From NCBI GenBank assembly GCA_964630615.1, contig CAZVVG010000003.1, forward strand, positions 1 to 38,180: a DNA stretch of 38,180 nucleotides. Reading direction: 5' to 3'. Position 1 is the stretch's first letter. Each line of letters opens with the position of its first letter. Positions 7,405-14,146 of the stretch are shown here, one piece after another. The DNA is from an uncultured Bdellovibrionales bacterium (lineage in GTDB: Bacteria > Patescibacteriota > Minisyncoccia > Moranbacterales > UBA2206). The translations under genes and the position numbers were made by a program. Under the pieces are notes generated by a model. That model was not told where the DNA came from, searched no databases, and saw only the letters and a list, made by a program, of their open reading frames with translations.

Positions 7405-7959
7405 CTAATATTCAGAGCAGTTCGCTTCGGTGGATTCTTTTATGGATTTAATTTTTTCCTTAAGTTCAGTATATTCAGTTTCGAGATAATTCTCCTGACC
7501 GCGGTAGGAATAATTATAAGAAAATCTTTGTTCCAGCGCCCGGACTAAGCCTAGCCCGTAAAGAGGTAGATTTTCCGTGTTCGCGTAAAGGTGCTTGATT
7601 TTTGAGTCCTCGGGTGAGAAAATTTTCAGGCTCAAATCGGAAAAAGAAGCTAAATAATCTTTTTCAAGGGCAAAGGAGGTTTTTTCTAATTCCCTTATTT
7701 CCAGAAGTGCCTCTTTTTGTTTTTCTTCGGTAATATACCTTTGGGATCCGAAATCGTCTGCCCTTTCTTTCAAAGTGTCGGCGGTTTTTTCCAGAGCCTT
7801 TATTTTTTGGCAAAGCGTTTCATAATGAATCATCGCTTCTTTTTCCAGAGAGAAATAAAATAATTTTTTGTAAAAATAGAAACTGAAAATCAAGGTTCCC
7901 AGGAGAAGCGAACAAAGAAGGTAAAAATAAATTTTCTTCTCTTTAAGAAGATTTTTCAT
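7405..7959 (-). CDS. Membrane-anchored coiled-coil protein (unknown function)
   Basis: 184 aa with an N-terminal TM helix (IYFYLLCSLLLGTLIFSFYFY) and a charged E/K-rich remainder. Its start overlaps the end of the upstream ligase-like gene by 17 nt. Confidence 0.6.
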   Translation of the reverse strand: MKNLLKEKKIYFYLLCSLLLGTLIFSFYFYKKLFYFSLEKEAMIHYETLCQKIKALEKTADTLKERADDFGSQRYITEEKQKEALLEIRELEKTSFALEKDYLASFSDLSLKIFSPEDSKIKHLYANTENLPLYGLGLVRALEQRFSYNYSYRGQENYLETEYTELKEKIKSIKESTEANCSEY

Positions 7960-9298
7960 GGGAATTTTTTAGCGGCTCTTTTTTTGCGAGCGCAAAGGAG
8001 GTACCCAAAAGCGCCCAAAGCGTCCATTGGGTAACCGTTTCCCGAAGCGTATTATTCGTCAAAGAAAAGCTTATTAAAGCCAAAAATAGGGCCAAAACAA
8101 AAAGGTGAAAATCCTTGAGATATTTATTTTTAGCTTTCACATAAGGGGTAAAAGAATTTTTAAGGGCCACCATGATCAAAAGAAAATAAGCCAGGAGCCC
8201 CGGAATTCCGGTTTCCAAAGCGACGCGCAAGAAATCATTGTGGGTGTAGGGATTGCCGGCGTAAGGTCCATATTCCTGTTCGTGAGCAAGGGTTTCCGTC
8301 CCAATCCCCTGCCCGATGGCGGGATTCTTGAGAAAAATCTGATACATCCTTTCCCATTGGGCAAAGCGCCAGCGCACAGAACTGTCCGCCGGCGGATTGT
8401 AGATATCTTCAATCCTCTCCTGAACCAGCGGAAAACTGAAATATAAAACGAGAGCCAGCCCGGCCGCTAGGAGAATCAGCTTGGGAGATTTTTTGAGAAT
8501 TAAGATTAAAATAAAAATCAGGAAAGCAAACCAGGCGCCGCGGGAAAAAGTTTCAACCAGTAAAATTAAACCCCAAAAAATCAAACCGGAAAGAAAGAAT
8601 CTATACATCTGCTCTTTTTCCCAAGTTACAAGAAAAGAAGCAGCGACAAGGACAATGACAATAAAAGAAGCAAAGGGATTGGGATGGCTGAAAGTGCCAA
8701 AAAGTCGGCTTTCAATTCCCGAGGTGCCGCCCAATCCGGTCCCGGTGGCCAATTGATAAGTCGCGAAAAGAAAAGGAACCACGGCGGAAGAAGCAAGTGC
8801 CCAAAGAATCAGAGACGGATTTTTTTCCTTCCGCGCCAGGAGGTAAAAGGAAGCAAAAACCAATAAAATGCTTAGCAGGCGAATTAATTCGTAAAAGCTG
8901 GCCGATTTGTCAATGGAAAAGAAAAGGCTAAGAAGAGAAATTAAAAGAAACATTAACCAAAGAAAAACGGCGGGTAATTTGCTGAAACTTCCAAGATTCT
9001 TGAGAATGAAAAAGGAAAGCAATCCGATTACCAGAATTCCCAACATCGCTCCGGCGTTGAAGGTCAGATTTTCATTCAAACTCAGAGTAATGTTCTCGCT
9101 GAAGCGGTCAATTGAAGGACGCAGAAAAATAATCAAAAAGAGTCCCCACTTGGGATTGGCCAAAAAAACGATGGCCAAAACCAAACCCAAGACCAGCAAA
9201 AAGCTGTTAAGAATGGGCTGATGGGAAACTAGATTAAAGAGAAAGATCACAGTCAATCCCGCCAGCAACAAAAATCCGTTAGTTTTTTTTGACAGCAT
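7943..9298 (-). CDS. O-antigen ligase/polymerase-like (Wzy_C-type) polytopic membrane protein
   Basis: 451 aa with many TM helices. Contains an ETFSRGAWFAFLIF-type motif and a large loop carrying HNDFLRVALETG. Confidence 0.75.
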   Translation of the reverse strand: MLSKKTNGFLLLAGLTVIFLFNLVSHQPILNSFLLVLGLVLAIVFLANPKWGLFLIIFLRPSIDRFSENITLSLNENLTFNAGAMLGILVIGLLSFFILKNLGSFSKLPAVFLWLMFLLISLLSLFFSIDKSASFYELIRLLSILLVFASFYLLARKEKNPSLILWALASSAVVPFLFATYQLATGTGLGGTSGIESRLFGTFSHPNPFASFIVIVLVAASFLVTWEKEQMYRFFLSGLIFWGLILLVETFSRGAWFAFLIFILILILKKSPKLILLAAGLALVLYFSFPLVQERIEDIYNPPADSSVRWRFAQWERMYQIFLKNPAIGQGIGTETLAHEQEYGPYAGNPYTHNDFLRVALETGIPGLLAYFLLIMVALKNSFTPYVKAKNKYLKDFHLFVLALFLALISFSLTNNTLRETVTQWTLWALLGTSFALAKKEPLKNSHEKSS

Positions 9299-9305
9299 CG
9301 GAAAG

Positions 9306-9334
9306 TTGAATTATTCTTTAATTTAGCTTATAAT
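9306..9334 (+). promoter_or_regulatory. sigma70-type promoter placed for a nearly leaderless transcript
   Basis: TTGAAT (9306-9311), 17-nt spacer, TATAAT (9329-9334). Only 9 nt separate the -10 from the ATG at 9344, and there is no SD. Confidence 0.55.
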
Positions 9335-9343
9335 ACAATAAAA

Positions 9344-10603
9344 ATGAGAATTCTTCAAGTCCATAAATACTTTACTCGAAAAAGAGGAGGCGGTTCCGTC
9401 ACGGTCTTTTTTGAAATGATAAAATTGTTGGAAAAGAAGGGTCATATGGTTTCGGTTTTCGCGTTGGCTGATTTGCAAAACGAGGAAACTCCTTTTGCTA
9501 AATATTTCCCCTCCCACTTTGACTTAAACGAAAAAACAGGATTCTTTCGGAAACTGTATCTGGCCGGTAAGCTGATTTATAATCGAGAAGCGGAAGATAA
9601 GCTGAAAAAATTGATTGAGGAATATCCTCCGGAAATTGCCCACCTGCATAATATTTATCATTATCTCACTCCTTCCATTATTCGGCCGCTCAAGAAAAGA
9701 AAAATTCCGGTTGTGATGACGCTTCACGATTACAAATTGATTTGTCCGAATTACAAACTTTTCAATAAAGGCCGGATTTGCGAAAAATGCAAGGGTGGGA
9801 AATATTATCAGTGCTTTTTTAATAAATGCCTGAAAAATTCCCGAAGTGCCAGTTTTTTGGCAATGCTCGAGGCCTATGTTCACAGACTACTCAAAAGTTA
9901 CGAAGGGGTGGATCTTTTTCTCGCGCCTAGCGACTTTATGCGGGAAAAATGTGTGGAATTTGGGATTCCTCCGGAGAAAATAAGAAAGCTGAGGAATGTC
10001 TTTGATGCCCGGAAATTTGAAATTGATGAGGAAAACCCAACGGAAGAAAATTATTTTGTTTTTTTTGGAAGAATTTCTGAGGAAAAAGGTCTGAAAAATC
10101 TTATCCAAGCGGTTGGGGACCTTATTGAATTGGGAAAAATGAAAGAAAACCGCCTATTGATTGTCGGCAAGGGACCGCAAGAAGCCGAGCTCAAAAAATT
10201 AGTAAAAGAAAAAAAATTGGAGGATAAGATTATTTTTGCCGGATTCAAACAGGGAGCGGAACTCAGAGAAATAATCTTAAAAGCTAAATTTGTGGTTGTG
10301 CCTTCTCTTTGGCACGACAACTCACCGTCGGTGATTATTGAAGCGCAATTTTACGCCAAGCCGGTGATTGTTTCCGACCGGGGCGGTTCGAAAGAATCTA
10401 TTCTTCCGGGAGAAACCGGTCTAGTTTTTCAGGCGGAAGAGGTTTCCGATTTGGCGAAAAAAATAAGCCAGCTGCTCGAGCTGACTTATGATGAAAGACT
10501 GGCATTGGGCAGGAAGGGCCGGGAAAACATCCTAAAAATCAATGACGAAGAGAAGCTTTATCAGGAGCTTTTAGGTATTTACCGAGAACTTCTGGCGGGT
10601 TAA
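9344..10603 (+). CDS. GT4-family glycosyltransferase
   Basis: 419 aa. MRILQVHKYF start, a Cys cluster (CPNYKLFNKGRICEKCKGGKYYQC), a C-terminal GT1/GT4 block (FVVPSLWHDNSPSVIIEA) and GETGLVF. Confidence 0.85.
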   Translation: MRILQVHKYFTRKRGGGSVTVFFEMIKLLEKKGHMVSVFALADLQNEETPFAKYFPSHFDLNEKTGFFRKLYLAGKLIYNREAEDKLKKLIEEYPPEIAHLHNIYHYLTPSIIRPLKKRKIPVVMTLHDYKLICPNYKLFNKGRICEKCKGGKYYQCFFNKCLKNSRSASFLAMLEAYVHRLLKSYEGVDLFLAPSDFMREKCVEFGIPPEKIRKLRNVFDARKFEIDEENPTEENYFVFFGRISEEKGLKNLIQAVGDLIELGKMKENRLLIVGKGPQEAELKKLVKEKKLEDKIIFAGFKQGAELREIILKAKFVVVPSLWHDNSPSVIIEAQFYAKPVIVSDRGGSKESILPGETGLVFQAEEVSDLAKKISQLLELTYDERLALGRKGRENILKINDEEKLYQELLGIYRELLAG

Positions 10604-11749
10604 GGGGGATTTTTTCTTTTTTTGGTTTAATATCTGGCGATAAATCGCCAAAGTTTCGGCCACATTGCGATCCCAATTGTAGAAAAATTCCACCCGTTTC
10701 TTGGCCCGTTCTCCCAGAATTTTCAGTTCTTTCTTTTTTTCCAAAGAGAAGATTAGTTTTTCTTTCAAATCTTCAATATTTTTTGATTCAAAAATTATTC
10801 CTGTGTTTCCGACTGGCAGGAGATTTTCTTCAATATTGCTGACAATCGGCGCCAGGCCGTAGCCCATAGCTTCTAGGAGGGCATTGGAAAGGCCTTCCGC
10901 CTCGGAAGGCTGGACGAAAGTATAGGCGCAAGAGTAAAGCCGGGCCAGGGTCAGGCCTTTTTGGTTTCCGGTAAAGACAATGTTGGCGTTATTTTTGGCC
11001 AAGTCCTTGATAAATTCCACGTAATCATCCGTAAAAGCACTGTCGCCGACAATGACCAATTTGAAATCGGCGGGAATTTTTCCGGATTTTTGCAGCTCAT
11101 CAAAAGCCTGAATCAGATAATGAATCCCCTTGTGCTTAACCAGGCGACTGACCACCAAAAAGTAACGGTGGTTTTCCAGTTTCCACTTTTTAATTTCTTC
11201 GTAATTTCCCGGTTTTTTAATCACCGCAGAACCGTTATTAATCACGACTGTTTCCCGACCGTATTTTTCTCGGGCGTATCTTTTCAGGATCTCGCTAACC
11301 GTAATGGTCTTGTCCGGGACATTCACAATGATTTTTTCTCCCAGCTTCAAATAGCGCTTGGCAATTTTCCCCCATTTTTGGTGTTGGCTGTCGAGGGAAT
11401 TGAAGGTCGCGATCAGGGCGATTTTCGGTCGAAAGATTTTTATTAGCCAACATAAGGAAGAAGGTCCTGGCGCCTGATAGTGAACCACGTCGTAATTTTG
11501 AAAAATGGCGTGCACCGTAGCCAGAAAGGTATGAAAAATTGTATCCAGATGCTTGGTCGCGATGGAAGGCAAGTGAATTAGTTTAACCCTTTTGTATTCC
11601 CGAATGTTTTTGGAAGTATAATCGTTTCTGACATAAACAAAAACCTCATGGCCTAATTGAACCATTTTGGTGCTCAATTCTTCCACTCTACGTTCCACGC
11701 CTCCGAATTGAACTGGTATTCCCTTTTGTCCGATAAATGCAATTTTCAT
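10571..11749 (-). CDS. GT4-family glycosyltransferase
   Basis: MKIAFIGQKGIPVQFGGVERRVEEL start and SEAEGLSNALLEAMGYG (EX7E region). The track ORF begins at a TTG at 11854, which is itself the -35 box of the promoter, so I start the gene at the ATG at 11749. Confidence 0.8.
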   Translation of the reverse strand: MKIAFIGQKGIPVQFGGVERRVEELSTKMVQLGHEVFVYVRNDYTSKNIREYKRVKLIHLPSIATKHLDTIFHTFLATVHAIFQNYDVVHYQAPGPSSLCWLIKIFRPKIALIATFNSLDSQHQKWGKIAKRYLKLGEKIIVNVPDKTITVSEILKRYAREKYGRETVVINNGSAVIKKPGNYEEIKKWKLENHRYFLVVSRLVKHKGIHYLIQAFDELQKSGKIPADFKLVIVGDSAFTDDYVEFIKDLAKNNANIVFTGNQKGLTLARLYSCAYTFVQPSEAEGLSNALLEAMGYGLAPIVSNIEENLLPVGNTGIIFESKNIEDLKEKLIFSLEKKKELKILGERAKKRVEFFYNWDRNVAETLAIYRQILNQKKKKSPLTRQKFSVNT

Positions 11750-11825
11750 CTGTTTAGATATCCCTGAAATAAAGGATATTTTTTTAATTTTTTCGTGTCC
11801 CAAACTGATTCTTTCTTGACCTGAA

Positions 11826-11854
11826 ATAATAGCACTTTTCAGAAAAAAAGTCAA
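11826..11854 (-). promoter_or_regulatory. sigma70-type promoter with extended -10
   Basis: Minus strand reads TTGACT, 17-nt spacer ending in TGC, TATTAT. It lies immediately downstream of the terminator at 11857-11894. Confidence 0.6.
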
Positions 11855-11856
11855 GT

Positions 11857-11894
11857 TAAAAAAAGGGCCTCGAACGAATTTCGTTCAAGACCCT
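11857..11894 (-). terminator. Strong intrinsic terminator closing the two-gene cassette
   Basis: Minus-strand 14-bp stem agggtcttgaacga-aat-tcgttcgaggccct followed by ttttttt. The two non-Watson-Crick positions are G-U wobbles on the minus-strand RNA and C-A mismatches on the plus strand. Confidence 0.85.
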
Positions 11895-11904
11895 TTATGA
11901 TGTT

Positions 11905-12714
11905 TTAGGGGTTGACTTTTTCCACTTGTTTCGCCGCATTGTATCTGATTACGGTCGAAACAAGATTAGATGTGTCTAACCCCGCGTTCACGAAGGAAAA
12001 GTTACCTCCGTGTTTTAGGTCGAATTCTGGCCCAACGGACAGGTAGAGTATTTCATACTTATCCGTCAAGCCTACGGCTAAACTCAGGGATGCGTATTGC
12101 CCGGGGGTTCCTATGGACAAATCAGCCTGAAGGTAGGGTTTTATCCACCATCCTTCATGCAGATACTGTCGGCCCCCGATGTCAAAAATCCCGTCAGTCT
12201 TGCTCTTAGAATTCCGGCCGTCAGCCCACAAGGCCTGACCCCAGAGCTCCGTTTTGGGAAAGGAATTCCTTCCCCAATCATCCTCGTGTCTCAGGGCAAG
12301 ATATCCCCCAACCCCGTAAAGATTATACCGGGGTTGAGTCTTGCCATAAGACTCTTTCTGCGTTCCGGCCAGTGCGGACAGCCGATAGTCACCCCAGGAG
12401 TGATAACCTCGAAAGGCTATCTGCCCGAGGTGTCTCTGACCATAGCCGGTGTCGGAGTCCCAATAATTCCCTTTATAACCAACCCCAAGAAGGTTGGCCC
12501 CATTTTCGTTTACCCAAGCAAATGGGTAAACGATAATGTTTCCATGAGCGCTTGTGGAATTTTTAGTATCTTTCCACTTCGCACCCACGAAACTATCCAC
12601 TTTGGATACTCCTGACCACTTGGCCAGTTTGTCCTTGTCACTATTACCTCCATCTGCAAATGCAGAAGAAGCAATAAATAACAAAATAACAATTACATTC
12701 ATCAACTTTTTCAT
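11905..12714 (-). CDS. Secreted Gly/Tyr/Trp-rich all-beta protein, beta-barrel-like (family not recognised)
   Basis: 269 aa. Signal peptide MKKLMNVIVILLFIASSAFA/DG. AGGAGG at 12729-12724, 9 nt from the ATG. About 11 amphipathic 9-13-residue segments are separated by short G/D/N turns. A sampled line (12241-12300) is 53% GC. Confidence 0.8.
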   Translation of the reverse strand: MKKLMNVIVILLFIASSAFADGGNSDKDKLAKWSGVSKVDSFVGAKWKDTKNSTSAHGNIIVYPFAWVNENGANLLGVGYKGNYWDSDTGYGQRHLGQIAFRGYHSWGDYRLSALAGTQKESYGKTQPRYNLYGVGGYLALRHEDDWGRNSFPKTELWGQALWADGRNSKSKTDGIFDIGGRQYLHEGWWIKPYLQADLSIGTPGQYASLSLAVGLTDKYEILYLSVGPEFDLKHGGNFSFVNAGLDTSNLVSTVIRYNAAKQVEKVNP

Positions 12715-12732
12715 TTCTGAAAACCTCCTTTT

Positions 12733-13929
12733 TTATTTTTTAGTTATTTTTGTGAGATAGCTTATCTCCTCCTGGCATTCTGCCAGATAAGGGGCTAATG
12801 CTTGAGCGGCTTGATATCCTGAAACTTTCGCTTCAAGAAAGTTGCCAGTCAAAGTATCATCAGCGGCTGCGATTGACCAGACAATTAACATTCTGATCAA
12901 CTCGCAAGGAGGACAAAGAACCGAACTGATACTGATATTAGGCAATCCCCCTTTTTCCACTACTCTCCTTGCGAAACTCGCGTTATTGCTTGAGCCCACA
13001 AGACTTTTCAGGGTTTCCTCATCCGTTTCGGAAGAAACTCTTTTCCCTTTAACATAATAATCATTGGGAAAAATTTTCTTTAGATCTCGGATAAATGCCT
13101 TGCCGTTCTCAGTTTCGGGAGAAATGTCAATCAACATTTCTTCCGTAATCCGAGAATTATGCTCCGTGAAAAATTCAACCTGTTTTTCAGAGTTAAACTC
13201 AACCATTTTGCCGGAAAGAGTAAGCGCGAACTTACCACTGCCGGAAATAATGGCCAGATTTTTTCCCAACAGGTCAGACTGCTTCTTTCCCTTGGCTATA
13301 ACGAATACATGTGTTCCGTATTTTGTTATAACCGCAGGAAAATCTTCTTCCGTTGTCCGCCAAACTTTACGGACAAAGAACTTCTCTGATTCTTTGCCAT
13401 CTTTCTCGGAAATAGAGTACATTCCGAGTCCATCCCCAATCCAATTAGATCGGAAAATAGGAACAACGATGGCCGTTATCTGCTCTTTGCTCAAGTTCTT
13501 GAGATCTAACGGTAAGGCCACTGACTCAAAAACTTCCTCAACGCCCCTAGTAATTTTGGAGTCAGCTTTTTCCTTAATCGGAGGTAATTCACCGGTTCTG
13601 AAAAGCACCTCCCCCTCATTTTCGAGACGATATAAAACAAAATTATCCGTCTCGTATTTTTCCGCTTGGAAGAAATGGTTTCCATCCCACTTCAACTTCC
13701 CATCTCTTCCTAAAACATCTTTGCGGATTATAGCCGAGACGGCCATCCCCTTCGAAATGTCTATCTTCCCGGAAAAATTATTCTGCTCCACTAAACTATT
13801 TAGTGAAGCAGCGATTGACTCGGGGAACCCGAGCTTCTTAATTTTTTCTAACCTAGAAATTTCCGCAATTGCAGAAGAAACTAGGCAGAAAAAAACCACC
13901 GCCACAATAACTGCAACCTTTCCTTTCAT
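12733..13929 (-). CDS. Secreted protein of unknown family
   Basis: 398 aa. Signal peptide MKGKVAVIVAVVFFCLVSSAIA/E. AGGAGG at 13942-13937, 7 nt from the ATG. A Cys-containing C-terminal segment (CPPCELIR...AECQEE). Its stop is 18 nt upstream of the next gene start. Confidence 0.8.
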   Translation of the reverse strand: MKGKVAVIVAVVFFCLVSSAIAEISRLEKIKKLGFPESIAASLNSLVEQNNFSGKIDISKGMAVSAIIRKDVLGRDGKLKWDGNHFFQAEKYETDNFVLYRLENEGEVLFRTGELPPIKEKADSKITRGVEEVFESVALPLDLKNLSKEQITAIVVPIFRSNWIGDGLGMYSISEKDGKESEKFFVRKVWRTTEEDFPAVITKYGTHVFVIAKGKKQSDLLGKNLAIISGSGKFALTLSGKMVEFNSEKQVEFFTEHNSRITEEMLIDISPETENGKAFIRDLKKIFPNDYYVKGKRVSSETDEETLKSLVGSSNNASFARRVVEKGGLPNISISSVLCPPCELIRMLIVWSIAAADDTLTGNFLEAKVSGYQAAQALAPYLAECQEEISYLTKITKK

Positions 13930-13979
13930 TTTTTGGCCTCCTATTTTTATTTTTTTATATTCACTTTTTAAGTAACTTT

Positions 13980-14037
13980 CCTGAAAATTCAGGAGGAGAA
14001 TCCCTAAGGAAAGAGATTCTCTTCTTAACTTTTCAGG
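13980..14037 (-). promoter_or_regulatory. Long imperfect hairpin in the 5' leader, containing an anti-SD-like CUCCUCC
   Basis: Minus strand reads cctgaaaa gttaagaagagaatc tctttccttagg gattctcctcctgaa ttttcagg. The outer 8 bp are perfect, and the inner arm pairs aagaagagaatc with gattctcctcct. Confidence 0.45.
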
Positions 14038-14065
14038 CTTAAAATAAACAAATTTTTAACTCACA

Positions 14066-14094
14066 ATACTAGCACAACAAAGCAATTTTGTCAA
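14066..14094 (-). promoter_or_regulatory. sigma70-type promoter of the two-gene cassette
   Basis: Minus strand reads TTGACA (14094-14089), 17-nt spacer ending in TGC, TAGTAT (14071-14066). Confidence 0.6.
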
Positions 14095-14124
14095 ATGAAA
14101 AACCCTCTTCTCAAAAAGAGGGTT
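14095..14124 (-). terminator. Intrinsic terminator after the HtrA paralog
   Basis: Minus strand reads aaccctctt-tttgag-aagagggtt followed by tttc. It directly abuts the next -35 box. Confidence 0.65.
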
Positions 14125-14146
14125 AATTACCAAAAAAACGGTAATT

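Noticed and set aside
10571-10603. 33-nt convergent overlap of the 3' ends of two glycosyltransferase genes with no terminator between them
   Set aside because: Both overlapping tails are short, non-conserved-looking C-terminal extensions. This is plausibly just compact genome architecture, and I see no hairpin or other signal to interpret.
11750-11854. 35-codon N-terminal extension of the GT gene starting at a TTG
   Set aside because: The TTG is the -35 hexamer of a TTGACT-17-TATTAT promoter that directly follows a strong terminator. The conserved GT4 start MKIAFIGQKG begins at 11749.
12097-12615. 172-aa plus-strand ORF antisense to the beta-barrel-like gene
   Set aside because: The reasoning is the same: it lies in a GC-elevated region, has no initiation signals, and has low-complexity Pro/Gly/Ser composition.
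13064-13975. 303-codon plus-strand ORF antisense to the 398-aa secreted-protein gene. It is surprisingly long for roughly 45% GC DNA.
   Set aside because: The product is Ser/Phe/Pro-rich with no recognisable features, no SD and no promoter. It runs through the minus-strand RBS and start. The minus-strand gene has AGGAGG, a canonical signal peptide and operon coupling. The ORF is most likely a by-product of the E/K/G-rich sense codon usage. A strand-specific RNA-seq or Ribo-seq check would settle it.
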